Position numbers and translations under genes: made by a program. The notes beneath the pieces are model-generated. The model searched no databases and was not told where the DNA came from. It worked only from the letters and a program-made list of their open reading frames with translations. Below, in pieces: positions 12,686 to 26,187 of a stretch of DNA of 64,000 bases. This DNA comes from Cenococcum geophilum (lineage: Eukaryota): contig CP158635.1 in NCBI GenBank assembly GCA_050273025.1, positions 24,056,001-24,120,000 of the forward strand, read 5' to 3'. Position 1 is the first letter of the stretch. Each line of letters starts with the position of its first letter.

Positions 12686-13051
12686 ATGGGCCAGCACAAC
12701 TCCAAGACCTACAGGCCATCTCAAGAAGCGCCCCGCATGATCACGATCCGCAGGAGAAACACGGCACCGTATGCCCCTCTCCCGCCTGCATACGGGCAGC
12801 GCGAGCCTGAAGGAATCACTACGCCCACATGTCTAGAGCGTACTTATGTCGCGTCATATCTTTCCGATCCCATGCCAAATACCCCGAGCTCTTTCACATT
12901 TGACGAGGCCCGTACAGTGAAAGAATCAGCCGTGAGGAGCGTACAAAATCTCCCGTACACGAGAGATCAGATTTATTCCCGGGTGGTGTTGCACAGAAAT
13001 ACGTGCGGGCGGAGATTGATGTATGTCGGCATGTCAGGCTGGAGGAGATAG
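12686..13051 (+). CDS. Possible small hypothetical protein (MGQHNSK... start)
   Basis: 121-codon GC-balanced ORF with an MGxxxS N-myristoylation-like start. No recognisable domain. Confidence 0.3.
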   Translation: MGQHNSKTYRPSQEAPRMITIRRRNTAPYAPLPPAYGQREPEGITTPTCLERTYVASYLSDPMPNTPSSFTFDEARTVKESAVRSVQNLPYTRDQIYSRVVLHRNTCGRRLMYVGMSGWRR

Positions 13052-13299
13052 TAATCAAGTCTACCAAACCCGAGCAGGCATTCTGGCGGAAGCTACTTAG
13101 TATTTCTTTGTGTGGAACTTAGATGAGAAGATATTTCGGGCAGTTTATGAGCCCTTCGTCAAATTTATGATGCCCTAGCTAATAGCTGTTCTGTGGTTCG
13201 ATTTGGACAGTCTTTTTTTCAATGGATGTAGGATATACAGGAAGCGATGGTATTTATCTCCTCTTGTACGAACGTTAGAGTTATAATCCTTCGAACCAT

Positions 13300-13880
13300 C
13301 CAAGCTTAGGGTTAATACAAAATTCACCTTGATTTATTCGTTTATTTCAACATCCACCTCCTATAAACAGAATCCACCTTAATACTGATAAGCCTTCAAC
13401 TCCATAATGGCTTAGGTAATTAAAAAAACTTTCTACTACATAAATATAGAGAATCTTGTTGTTAATCTAACGGCGTTTCTTTTATATAGTTTAGAATAAG
13501 TAAGTTATCTCCCTTAAAGCTCATACAGCCTCTTCTTAACTTCCGGCGTCCGTTCTAGCGTCCGTTCTGACGCCTATTCTCTCACAAGCATATCTATACA
13601 GTCTAGTCTCTGTATTTACGTACGGGGTAACACGGAAGAGTAGAGACCGTAGGCTTAGGTATATTAAGTTTTATCTACTTTGAGTAATAGAAATAAAAGT
13701 AAAATTATATTTTAAGCCACTTACGCTATATATATAAAGGCTAAAAAGTACTGGAAGCTATATATTCTATTTATTTAAAGTTTATTTAAGATTATTAGTT
13801 AACGCGCAAGCATTTTTGCTAAATTCTTTGTAAAGTCCTTAGAAATACCCATAAACAGTCCTTAGAAACGAGGAGACTAT
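13300..13880. repeat. Unclassified AT-rich, RIP-like relic
   Basis: Local TpA excess and low GC between gene blocks. No readable coding motif. Confidence 0.35.
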
Positions 13881-14307
13881 TTTGGTGACTCAACCAACAC
13901 CAGGCTTGTCTTTACCGGGTCCTTGGCGCGTTCCCATTCCGTTATTTCTTCGACTTCACTCTAGCTCTCTCCGAGAAAAAAAATCTCAACTTCTTGCTCT
14001 CAACTACTTCCTTCATCCATATCTCCTCGATCGTCAAGCCAACTGGTAAAGACGCAGGCTATCAACTCTTGACTACTATCAACAAGCTGATCTCAACATC
14101 ATATTTTCTCTTAATGATTTGCAAGTGACGAAGGCGCATCTTAATAAATATTCATTGAGCAAGGCATCTCTTCGTTAGTTTGAACACTCACGCCAACGCC
14201 GGGAACATATTTGGATTGTTCAATCTCCTGTCCAAATTGAGCACTTTGCTTCGTTGTTGACTTCAGTTATCGGCCAGCAATCGAAACCATCCCGCTGGTG
14301 AATCGAA

Positions 14308-16049
14308 ATGGCAGCTGAAGTTGAACCAATCAAGGAGTTCAAATGCACCTTCAGAGGTTGCTACGCTGCCTTTGACAAACTAAATTTGCTTAAGAGTCAC
14401 AAGAAACACGCCCCATCTCACGATTTTTGCCCCAAATGCGAAGAAGACTTCGATAGTTGGGATGCCCTGACTTTGCATAAAGCAACTGACAAAAGACACG
14501 AGAAGGAACCTATCTGCAAGTCTTGTGGAGAGGAATTCAAGTCAGTTAGTGGTATGAGGCGTCATGTGGCATCGGTAAGGATCTAGTTATAGTATACTCT
14601 CCTCTGGCTATCCGTAAATCCTCATCGAGTTATTATGCCATCTGTTTTGAGCCCAGTAACTGTTTGGAAAGCCTCTGCATAAACCAGGTCAGCGTTACAA
14701 CCGAAGCACTTTCCGCATTATTTGGTTCGGTGTTCACGTAGCATGTTAAGGACGCAGCCACAAACACACCCACAAACCTGACAAGTCTCTAATAGATTCT
14801 AGGCTCACCCAGTCGACCAAAATCTCCCATGCATTGGATGTGGCGATACATTCCCACGCGCTGCTACACTTATGGACCATCTTGAGAATGGGCACTGTCA
14901 GAAGATCAGCGCGCAACAATTCGCCGGGCATTTGCAGCATAAGAACATCGTCAACAAGCTTCTCAAAGATCCAGAGCTACTGAGAAACATAACAAGCAAT
15001 GCAGGGTTCCTGGACGCTGCTCGAGATGACGATATTGGGGGCGGCGTATCTCTTGGAGGAGGGCTGCTCGAGCAAGATGCCAATGAGCAAGACGGTGTTC
15101 TCTTGGATATAGCGCCGCTAGAACCTGAGAAGCATCCTGACGCAACTAACCCGCCACGACTTGAGGAAAGTTGGCTTGCTCTTAAGAAACGACACGAGAA
15201 CAAAGTCGAACAGGATATTGATACTTTGTCATCACGTATAGGAGGTATCTCTCTTGGTTCAAGCATTCTAGCAGGCATTGTAGACTGGAGTAAACCCAGA
15301 GGGAGCACGAATGGATCCATGCCACCGAGTGCCCGCAGCAAGCTAGGCTTCACGGGATCTATCACCAGCGAAGAAAGCGACACGACCCAGAAAGCTTCTA
15401 CAACCACCGCATGGGGTCATCCTGGTGCTTCGACTTCCACAAGTGAAGTGCTCTTCCCTGGTGCTAAGCCAACTCCTGTCAGTTTCGAGTGGGCTCAGGA
15501 GCTTCGGAAGCGTGATCAGGCATACGAGCTTGAGCATGGTGTGAATCTCTTCCGCAGCCGATTTTGGGACCCAACCAGTAGAGACTACAAGCCGGAGCGG
15601 TTCTTCAATCCAATCATCGAGATGTACATGTGCTCGTTTCCGCACTGTGTGTAAGTGAATCCTCTTTCCAGTTGATCATTTCATACTGATGCTGTGATGA
15701 TAGGGACAAATTTGCAACCCCCGTTGACCTCGAAGACCACATTATGAGGCGACACCGCATGTCTGATGTACGCTGCCCATCTTGCCTTAAGCTGTTCAAG
15801 TCAAGCACTGCTCTGGTTGCACACTGCGAAGCTCCCCTCAGCCGCTGCCATATCTCAAAGAGTAACAAGTACGGACAAGCTATCGATGAATTTTCCGGGG
15901 GCTTCTTGGGTGCTAGACACATCATACGTCCGGAAGTCGATGTCAAAAACGACAATCATATTGTTGGCTACAACCAGTACGAAAGCACCAAACCGCCAGA
16001 CTGGAAGGAGCCAGGCGAGGAGCCCGAGGCCCGGAGGTGGGCGGCTTGA
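14308..16049 (+). CDS. C2H2 zinc-finger protein (3 exons)
   Basis: Fingers CTFRGC...HKKH, CPKC...HKATDKRH and CKSC...HVAS/AH. Intron 14575-14802, then CIGC...HLENGHC. After a second intron (~15651-15703), C-terminal fingers CSFPHC...H and CPSC...HCE. Confidence 0.88.
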
Positions 16050-16819
16050 TCCGCTTCGGGGTGCCTAAAAGCATCCATACCATATTCGAGTTGATGTCAG
16101 CTATGGTGTTACAGACGAGTAGGTGATTTTAGTGAGGTTGACGGAGTAAGGAATGACTCCAGGACGGTATAAAAGTATTTGAATATGGGAATAGACTTCG
16201 GGTTGCTGCAGGGCTTCATGTGAGGCTGGACGGCGAGACAATCGGACGAGCGGACGATGCGGGTGGCTCTGGAATTTGGGTTTAACTCTGTTCCTTACAT
16301 ATTTTTCGTGCCTTAAAACATCCAAATTATGGGCAATGAAGCCCCATTTCTTTTCAGATAAAGAGAAACTTCACCTCAGTATGACCCTGTAGGGGCATGG
16401 AAGATAGACTTCTCAACCTCATAATTCTTTACTTTGCCGTATTTTAAAAAAAAATCATGCAGTGACATTTAGTATTATTATCTTGCTTCATTCTTCTCCT
16501 ACGGAGCTCATCTCTGATTCAAGGTTCTTGTTCCTTTCATGAATGCCGCTCCTACACTGCTTGATATGTCCAAATGAGCCTTTTGCCCAAATTAGCCAAG
16601 CGTATAACAAGCCTCCAGGATGCACATAGGAAAAAAAAAACGCCAAAGAGCAGTATGGTATCAAAAATTCGTACCTAACTTCGCCTTACGTTCTTGCGTA
16701 CAATCGTTAGATGCCTAACAAAAACAACGAGAAGGATTGGTGGATGATCTTATAGTCGAACGAACGCCGTGTAAACACGCCGAAATCTTTTCAACAGTGA
16801 AATAATGTAGCTTCGAATA

Positions 16820-18533
16820 TCAAAACATGCCTAGTGGCAGTGAAGCAAGGCCATCGAGGCCGAATAAGTCGCGCTTGCTTGTCGTGTTGGTAGTAATGAT
16901 TTCGGGGCGAATAGCGCCGATGTCGCACCAATTGCGAATGGGCTATGGATTCACGTTAGTTTGCTATGCCTTTCTAACATCTTAAGCCGTTGTTCGAGAG
17001 CGGAGACTTACCAAGCAAGAGAGATGATGACACCAACTGCACTCGTTCCGCCAAACATAGAAATTCTTCAAAAGAAGGATAAACCCGACTAAGACAGCAA
17101 CCAAGCACCCGGCGCGGAAAAGCCACCACGCCCACCAAAGAGGCTTCCGGCCCTTGAAAAACCCAACCGGCCGCCTGACGAACTTCTTTACGCCTCCATC
17201 GTCACCCTCGTTCAGTGGCATTGCCCCAACGGCGGAGTAGGGTGGCTCATCGAGGCCAATGCGCTCGCGCAGGAAGGGCGGCGAGCGCATGATGCAGATT
17301 CCCAGCACCAGGCCCATCAAGAATCCACCGATGTGGGAGAAGTTGTCCAGACCTGGAAGCAAACCTAGCACGAATGCAATAGCGATATCTAGGAGGATGA
17401 AGAGCAGATCTTTCACTGGGCTTCGCCTCGTAGACCAGTTATAGCACAGATCCAGGAGATAGAGCGCGAGAATGCCGAAGAGACACCCAGATGCACCTGT
17501 TGATGCGATACCTGGTGCGGCGTAGTTGCCTCCGAGCACGAAACCGAAAATACCACTGCAGAAGTAGACGAGCGTGAAGCGTAAGCTGCCGATCTCCTTT
17601 TCCATGTCTCGGCCCAGCGTCATTTGCAGCAGCATGTTGAATCCGATATGAATAATACCAGCGTGTAGGAAAATGGGGACGATGAAACGGAACCACTGGT
17701 CGGGTTGGTGGCTGGTGTCGCTGAGAGGCGTACCGGGCGCTTGGTACGGCACGCCGCCGAAACCGCATAGCTGGGAGAGGCTGCAGGTGTAGCCGTCGGT
17801 GCTTGTGGCATTAGGACAGGGCCATGGGAGAGCCAGTTGGAAGTCGGTGACATTGTGGACGTTGTGCATGCAAGGAGGATAACGTGCGCCCATATTTATG
17901 AGAACGAAAGGTGAGGGTCCTATCATGATGTTGAAGGAGGGGTGGATTTCAATGGGAGATTTTGTCAGGACAGCTAGGAAAATGTTAGTGTGCAGCCCCA
18001 GACTGACATATGTAGTTGGCTTGGGGAGGAACAATACCATTTCTAATCAACTCTCCAATGAACACAGCAACTTGTACTGTGGTCAAAATGTAGCAAACCC
18101 ATGTTACTCCTCCGGAAAACCACCCTTTCTTCTTTCTCTTCTGTCCCATCGTACCGCCTCCATTCAGTGGATACCTCCCTTCAGGGTCAGCGTTATACCT
18201 CGTTGGACTGCCCTCCATTTTCGGGTTATACGACGATTGCGACTGCAACGGGATAGCATTCTGATCAATAAACGGGTCCGAGTTACGCTGATTTTGAGTC
18301 TGCCCCGAAGCGCCGTAATAACCCGTGTCGCCGAAGTTCTGCTGCGTTGGCTTGCTGGCGGCTGGATACTCCGGGTAAGCGTGATCGTCAAAGGGCGAGG
18401 TGGCAGGTGAGACGTTCACGCTGGGTGTGCTGTTTGCAGGGCGAGGGCCGGGCGAGCTTGACGGCACGGGGGGCAGTGGTGCGTCTTCGCGTCGCGATGG
18501 GAAGGAGGATGAGTAGTACTCGTTTGCGGCCAT
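16820..18533 (-). CDS. Rhomboid-family intramembrane serine protease
   Basis: QWFRFIVPIFLHAGIIHIGFN, catalytic STGASG and DNFSHIGG. Pro/Ser-rich N-terminus. Terminal exon PIRNWCDIG...GMF* ends at 16820. Confidence 0.93.
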
Positions 18534-19289
18534 TTTGGGCAGCTGCGGCGTGGGTGTCGTCGCAACTGCTGGTGCTTCGTGCGTTCGTGAGATTAGCTGA
18601 GGTTCGTCTTGAGGCTAAGAGCTGTGGCTTGCTGCAACGAGCGACTGAGGCGGGTCGTAGCGACGGTTTTAGAGATAGGAGAAGCGAAGGTCGGGCGTGT
18701 GTTTGATTGCAAACTGCGGCGAAGATGGAGAAGGATGCGGCAGAGTGTTTGTATATACGGGAGAAGATGTGGAGAGGAGGCTGAGTGATGTGTATTCGTA
18801 TGCAGTGATGAAAAGCTGAAGCTGTCGACGTACGCAGTGGGTCTGAGTTCTCAGCCCCAGCCCTGCCAATCCTTGCCAGCCGGAATCCAAAATCCCTCCC
18901 GTCGATCTTTATGCCTAAAATAATCTATGCGCGGCAGATGTAAGACTGAATGGTGTACACTGCGTGACACCTCCTAGGCTTATAGAGCTTTCAGTCACGC
19001 GTTCTGCTTTCCTCTCTTGTCGGTTTGTAATGTCATGAGACTTTTTGGGGGTAAGATAGAATTCTTATGTGGCGTTGCGGCTGTGTTGTGAGATTCTTCG
19101 TCACCGACCGTGCATGCCACTTTGAACTTCATCCTGCCTATACGAAATGTCATGCTTCAAAGAATCGACAAATACTCCCATCATCAGCGTCATGATTGCC
19201 GAGAGTCGAACACAGACTAGCTCTCTTGCAGCCTAGCTTCATCATGACCTTCATCCTCAAAGCGCAAGCTTACACCTAACAGTAGGAGT

Positions 19290-19575
19290 AGATATGGTAT
19301 TTACTAAACTAGCTTTATAAACGGCTTTAAGCGGGTAGAAAAGCTTTAAAATAGTTATATATATTATCTATATCTAACTTCTAATAAGATACTAAGGGGT
19401 TTTCTATTAAAGCCTTTGTCTATGGCCCACTATATAAGTTTAATAGGGTGCTTTAGGGTGCTTATATAATAGCGGCGCGTATTAACCTATAGCTAATTCT
19501 TACTATTCTAGTACGAGTAGAAAGCGCTTAGCAGGTTCTACGCATAGCGCTTAACGGGTGTTAAAAGCGTGGTGT
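19290..19575. repeat. Short RIP-degraded repeat relic (solo LTR/MITE-sized)
   Basis: ~280-bp island with TpA excess inside GC-balanced DNA. Termini not resolved. Confidence 0.4.
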
Positions 19576-19699
19576 TGCTGGCAGTAATCGTGACTCAGCC
19601 GCTGATTCAGCCATACAAATGTAACTGTGGATATACTATTGCTCTGGCTGCTTCCAAAGGCTGCTATCGTTTGTGGCACTAAATTAATCGTGCCCTTTC

Positions 19700-20400
19700 C
19701 GCAAACCGAGTTACCAGCTTCCGGTGCAACATTAGCTCATATCCGATCTCTGGTCCACCTAAGCCTGTTGATGCTGGGAGATGCTTTCTACGAACCGAAG
19801 TATAATTCCCTCCTGGGGCGCCATACAACAGTTCCATCATCCAGGATCTTAGGGAAGTGGCGTTTTACGGCGAGATGAGCGCTGACAACGATACATAACA
19901 CACTGATCACAAGCGGCACCGAGGATCTTCAGAGTACACTCTGTTGAATACACCATCGCTTTCAACCAGGAAACCTTCGATCTGCGCAATCTTTTATCGC
20001 GAAGGGCACTCTGATTGCCTTGCTACCGTACATACAGGTCTCCTACGCGAGCAGGATCACCCTTTCCATTCCGCCCGTGCTCCGTACTATCCTAGTGACC
20101 AGCCGCCCAAACCGCCGGACGCGTACGGTCAGCAACAGAGGCCAACGGACACTCGTTCCGTCTATTATGGTACGGTTCTCTGGCTCCTATTTTTTGGCAC
20201 CCATCACACTTCTAAAGGCTCAGATACCTGGAAATGGTTTATCGAGCAGATTGCTGCGACTTCTGAATCCTTGGATATGTGGAGATGGGAAGAAGTCCGC
20301 GCGATCTTGATGTAGCATCTCTATCTGGACCGGATTTATGGGCGAAATCTGGGATCAAGCTTTGCGTGTTGCAGCAGGATGGCCTACGCTTAAGTCGTTG
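19700..20400 (+). pseudogene. Probable degenerate fragment of a fungal transcription-factor-like gene (C-terminal part)
   Basis: VLWLLFFG...WKWFIEQIAATSESLDMWRWEEVRAILM*HLYLDR resembles the LLWxLF...WF...L.L.SWEEVR.IL..FLY tail of fungal regulators. In-frame TAG at 20313; no clean start. Confidence 0.45.
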
Positions 20401-20770
20401 GAAAGCTTGAGGGCTCCAAGCACGCTGCTGTACCTCGTCATGCCGGCCGGGATCTCTACACAGCAAGCCATGGGGGAGCACGTAATCCTTCTTTGAAGAA
20501 CGAGCCCCAGCGATCTCCGGAACCGAACCTTCGAATGTCATTCAAGCACTTTGGAAGATACGACTTCACGTGCGCTAATTCGAGATGATATTCTACATTT
20601 CAGATGTGGAGTGGAATTTGCAATCAACATTGAACGCTGGCCGCTTCACATAACCCTCTAACTCCAATGCGAGAAGGACGTGGTTCAAGTTTGTTCTTTT
20701 CACTAGGCTCATCTAGTATGCATGCGCCTTTGTCATATTACGACGTCTGACATTGCGTCTCGAAGAAGGT

Positions 20771-22341
20771 CTAAATTTTGCTGAACAGCCTAGGGTTCAG
20801 TTGGAGACGAACTAGTACGAACAGGATCGTGCCTACTCCCATGACCGAACCAGCAAACATAGAGAGATCGAGATACCCCTTCGGTATCAATTTGCCGGCT
20901 ATGGGAGCTCCAAAGAGGCCACTGCATATATGAGCCGTTAGCTGACTTGAGCAACAAGATGGAAGACGAAGAGCTCACGTGAATGATCCGGCAGCCAAAA
21001 CCAAGCCCTGTGCCGTACCAAGGGTCTCTTTTGTGGCCAATTGTGCGGCACAAGCAGCTTGGGTACTCATAATCGACTGCATTTTGTTAGCGCTAGGCCT
21101 CACATTGAGGACTTTGCGGAAGGGACTCACCCCAGAAGCAAAACCATAGGCTATCGCAAAAACCACCAAACCTCCGGTGCTGCTCACGGCAGCCCAGCAA
21201 AAGGCGATTATGGAACATGAAACCGCGCCCATAGACAACAGATTGAAATGCCCATAACGATCACCCAGGATGCCGGGCAAAACTCTGCCGAAAAAGGAGG
21301 CGCCATTGAGGATGGAAATGAGGTAGAAGGCGAAACTTGGAGACTTGTGCAGACTGGTGGCGTAGGAGGTCAGATAGAACAAAGGGGAATACAGGCCAAA
21401 AAAGAAGATGAAGCCTCCAAGACAATATGTCAGGAATTTGGCGTTCTTCAAGATTGCCAGACCTGCTTTGATGTCTCTCTTCTCGCCATGCTTACCAGCG
21501 GCGCCTTCCTTATCTTCCGAATGTTTGACTGCGGGCGGGCGAACAGTCAGACAGGCAATGGCCATCAGTGGTATCATGGCAAAGCCGACGATTCTCATCG
21601 TCCAGGCAAAGCTGACACCGTCGCTATTCAGCAGTTTGTTGATCATGATCGGCCAGATGACACCGCCAATGGATGAGCCAGAAATACAGAGTCCAACTGC
21701 AATCCCACGATGTTTGATGAAGTGTCTCGACACGGTCGACAAACTTGGTAGAACCAGAAAGGACATGCTTGATCCTAGAAGGATGCCCTGGGCAAGGAAG
21801 AGTTGGTAATACTCCCTACATAACGATATCATGAAGATGGCAACAAGCTGGCCAATGCTACCGACAAGCATCGGCAACTACCCAAAGGGTTAGCACGAGT
21901 ACAATCCGCACGGTTTCGGCCAAACCACTCACCATTGGACCACCCTTGTCGGTCAGCATGCCTGCCGGAGCGGCGAAGAGGAACATGGCGAACGTGCCGA
22001 AGGAGCCGATCCATGAGATGTCGAAGGCGGACCTACTGTGAAGCGGCCCTTCAAAATAGTAGTCCTGGAACAGACCGACGGCGTTCATAAAGCCCGTAGT
22101 ACAGAAGAAAGCGAGAGAGGCTCCGACGACGGCCGTCAACGCTCGAGGACTAGGCTTTGTTAGTCTGTAATCTCCTGCGCGGGCAAGAAGCTGACCTGAA
22201 TTCATGCGTGTTCTTGTCGGCGCTCTCTTTATCCCTGGCCAGAGAGGCAGTAGTAACACAGTCGTTTGTCTGGCCGTGGACGAATTCCTTCTCAGTTTTG
22301 TGTGCAACGACAGCGGCACCGGCTTGGGCTGACTCCTCCAT
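20771..22341 (-). CDS. MFS transporter, monocarboxylate porter (MCH-like) family
   Basis: Multi-exon. Hydrophobic helices with GFMNAVGLFQDYY, ISWIGSF, YYQLFLAQGILLG, RGIAVGLCISGSSIGGVIWP and GRVLPGILGDRYGHFN. Ends ...RLQLNPRLFSKI* at 20771. Confidence 0.93.
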
Positions 22342-22714
22342 AGTGATTGTTTCTTAGGATGTTGGGGTTTGCGACTGATCGAAGAAGTAAATCTTTGACT
22401 TTTGCTGTCTCTTTGGGTGATGCAATCAGGCCTATATAAGGGGGTTCGGAAGTATCTCTCGGAGCGTCCATGGGAAGCTCCTGGACGCTCCTCATGCGTC
22501 GTGAAGCTCAGTTCATAGATATTACCACCGGCGCAGAATTAGCTTAATAACTGTGGACCATCAGAAAGCTTTCAAGGGTGCCTCATCATCAGCACCCAAT
22601 CTAATCAAATACTCTACGCCCTCTTTGCTACATTGGCACTGTTATCAGATTGCCCCCAGCATCAAGGCTTCAGGGGGCGGACAGTCCACCAATGAGCGTG
22701 CCTCAATTAAGCTT

Positions 22715-22746
22715 TCCGATATTCGGACATTCCGCGGACGCTCCGG
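22715..22746. promoter_or_regulatory. Cluster of CGG/CCG elements, candidate Zn2Cys6 binding sites in the shared divergent promoter
   Basis: TCCGA-TAT-TCGGA inverted repeat at 22715-22727 and perfect TCCGCGGA (yeast PDRE consensus) at 22731-22738, between the MFS and TF start codons. Confidence 0.5.
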
Positions 22747-23117
22747 CCAATGTCCCTGTCTTCCCGAGCGCCTTTTCCCACCCTTTCAAACCTGTTGGCA
22801 TCAAATCATTGACGCATCCAGATTTCCTAGTCGCTAGTCCCATTTATTCGCTTGCTAGTGATGTTGAATACGAAGTGATTGCGTGGAGGCTTCTTCGCTC
22901 TCCCAGTCGCGCAACGCGAAACAGCGCGTTTGACGAAGTACGTTGAGTTGAAGCCGCGACTCTCGACTTTCTTTTGCATCCCACTTTCAATTTCTACCTC
23001 CTACGTCATTTTCTTTCGCAATCTAACCCAGAGCTCGTTGCTGTGTGTGACCACTCCACTGAGAGGCTCGCCCTCTCGACCTACGAAGCCTCGGACTCTT
23101 CTGTTCTTGTCCTAGCC

Positions 23118-25300
23118 ATGACAGACCTCCATCGAATACGACGCCTTTCACGACCTCGCCAGGAACCCGTCTCTTGCCAACTATGCCGCGTCAAGAAACT
23201 CAAGTGCAATCGAGAGCAGCCATGCTCCAACTGTGTCGCTCGAGGTGTCCCTTGCGAGCGTCAATTCCGACAGCGTTTGCCTGCACATCGCCGTCACCCC
23301 GAGCCCACGGAGAATGCGGCCATAATGGCGCGACTTCAGAAGCTCGAAGAGATTGTGTTACGCCAGAACGGTCAGAACAGTAATGTAACATCTCCGGAAA
23401 GGATAAGCATGGTTTCGCAGTCGCCTACTTTCGTGATGCCCTCACCAATGTCGGAAGGTGAGGAGGCTCATAAGTTCGAAACCCAGAGATTGGAGGCTGT
23501 GGGCTCAGTGGAACACTCGAGAATGGTGGAGCTGTCCGAAGGTCTCATCTTCCGCATTTGTCCCATCCAACAGATCCTGAAAAATCCTATCCCAGCCACG
23601 GACCACCAAGCTCCGACGCTCGGAATGCTTACAAGATGCATTTCGCTTCCCATAAAAGAGGAAGCTGTCCTGCTCTTCGAGAGCTATTCAAAGGCCGTCG
23701 AGTACCTTCAACATATCCTCCACCTTCCATTCGTGCGAAAAAAGATGGACACTATTTATCTGCAACTCTTTCGAAGAGAGCCAGTGGAACCAAGTCACGT
23801 TACGCTGCTTATGTCCATGTTTGCGACCGTGGCACTTGCGATGTCCCACGAAACTCGTGTCCATTCTTTGTTCAGGACGACTCAAGAAGCTCACCAAGTT
23901 GCGATCCTCTGGGCGAGGTTTGCCTTCGATGTGATGGAGCATACGCGACGAACAACAGGCCCAACGTTAGAAGACTTACAGGCAAAGAACATCATGGGGT
24001 TTCTACTTTACGACATGGAAGGCCCTACTTCACGAGCAGTATCGCTTTTTGGGTTTGGAATGGCTCAGGCGCGTGAGTTGGGATTGCATAAACTGGATGT
24101 TCCTCAGAGTCGGAACCAACCACCACTGTCGAAAAATGAGCTGATCGAGAAGGAAATTAAGAGAAGAGTTTGGTGGCAGATGGCTGCGACAGACTGGTAA
24201 ATTGAATTTGTCCTTTCTACCTGCCGGCATGCTAACAGATCTGAAGGATGATTGCTTGTCTAGGTGGGCCTCAAGAGGGGACTTATTTTGCCCATCCGCA
24301 CCAGATGAGAGTCAATGTCCCCCTCAATATCGACGACGAAGATCTGAGCCGTGGTAACTTTGAAGCCTCGAAGCCACTTAATGAACTCACATCCATGTCC
24401 TATTTCCGACAACGCATCAGGCTTGCAGACATTTGCCGTCGAATTGCGGATGCCATGCCAATATCTATCTCGGCACCAGAGCTCTACAATTACCAGGACA
24501 TCGTATCGCTGGACGCTGAATTCGAGGCTTTTCTACGAGAATTGCCAGTGTTCTTCCAAGTTGATGAGGCAAGTCGTCGGCAGAGCCGGGATCTAATTCG
24601 GCAGCATCCGCACCTCACGATGCAGCGATACGTGATCAATCTCAACATGCACATCAGACGGTGCAAGCTGCATCAGCCATTTCTGATTCGAGGAACCCTA
24701 GATCCCGCCTACCGATACTCTAGAGACGCTGGTCTTTCTTCTGCACGCAGAGCATTAGAGATCAAGCGTCTACTAGATCAGGAAGACGTTCCGATCTTGG
24801 CTTCACATCAAAGATCGTGTGCGGTCTCCCATCAAATTTTTCTCGCGACCACAGTACTCGTCATGGATCTTTGCTTCAACAAAGACGAGGTACAGGAAGA
24901 GGAGCGAAAAAACGAAGTCCGGGAGGCATGCCGGATGCTGGAGGCCATCAAGGAGCACTCATCTATGGCGGCCAAATTTCTCGACTCAATGACCGACGTC
25001 CTTCGCAAATATAAGGTCCGCCTCACGAGTCCGGAGCCATTTAACGCGCACAATGGTGAGGACCAGACGTTGTCTGCTGCCACCACAGTTGTCCCACCAA
25101 CGAGTGGCAGCGATGGGGCCGCGCAGCAGATGTTTGATGATGCCCCTACCACATGGGATCAGACTCTTCAGCAAGATCCTCCGTTGACGATAGACTCCGA
25201 TTTCGAGCAGATATGGCAGAATTATATTGAGCTGGGCCCGAGCTTTGATATGCCCGACTGGGACTCATTGTTTTCGGACCTTGATTCGAAGATGGTTTGA
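23118..25300 (+). CDS. Zn(II)2Cys6 transcription factor with fungal-specific middle homology region
   Basis: SCQLCRVKKLKCNREQPCSNCVARGVPC binuclear cluster and ARELGLH...EKEIKRRVWWQMAATDW. One intron at 24197-24246. Acidic C-terminal activation-like tail. Confidence 0.95.
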
Positions 25301-26187
25301 AGTATGCAAGCTGTGATGGTGGATATTCTAGAACAACTGTATTATTACAACGATCCGAGGGACAAATCTCTACTCTTCACGTCAGCGACATCCATGAAAA
25401 CCGCGGCCAGGAACAACAACCCCTGAGAGTGGTCAGAACCTAGCGCTCCTGCTACCTTATGCCACGCCTCGGTAAGTGAGTTGCGGTCCCAAGCTTCCGC
25501 TTTCCCTCATTCCGACGAAGGTATAGGCGAAGAGAATCACACTACAAGCTGAGTGAAGCTGGTGCGGCGACAATATCAGCGGGGATTACAGTATCTGGCT
25601 TGCAAGCAAGGCCTTGCGTGCCTGTGTGTCTGTGTTGAATTATGGGAAGGTCCAGGACTCGGAGGAACCGCTGAGACCGCTGATCCAATATGGAGACATC
25701 ACTCCAGCGCCTGGTAGAATGGAAGTCATGATCAGATCATCCATTCTGTATACTACAGGCATCGCCGAATAATAAAGGTGACGCTCGTTGTGCGCCTCTA
25801 CCACTTCATGGATCCTCGATAAGTAAAACGCAATGCAGCGCTATCAGGACCTGGAGCAAACAAGCATTGTCATCCGAATTCCATCTGAAAGCGCCGTCCC
25901 ACCCCACATTACCCTTTTGACCGACCACGCCATGCTTCACAAATAACCTTGTCCAAGTCAGCACACTACCATCAAATCTTCGATTAGGAACGCCCAGATT
26001 TCTCGCATCTTCCCGTCTCTCCCTCCCCACCTTGTTACTAGTGGACCTGAATTAGCCCGTGTCGGGTTATCGTCAATCAAATCAATTCCCGACAAGATTG
26101 ACGTGTTGATCCCCCTTGCCACACACCCAAGCACCATGCGATGCGGATGGAACGCCGTCGCCGAAATCGGCGTCCCGCGTGTCCCAT

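Noticed and set aside
22974..23117. N-terminal extension of the Zn2Cys6 TF shown in the ORF track
   Set aside because: It starts at TTG. The ATG at 23118 has good context and puts the zinc cluster at its usual N-terminal position.
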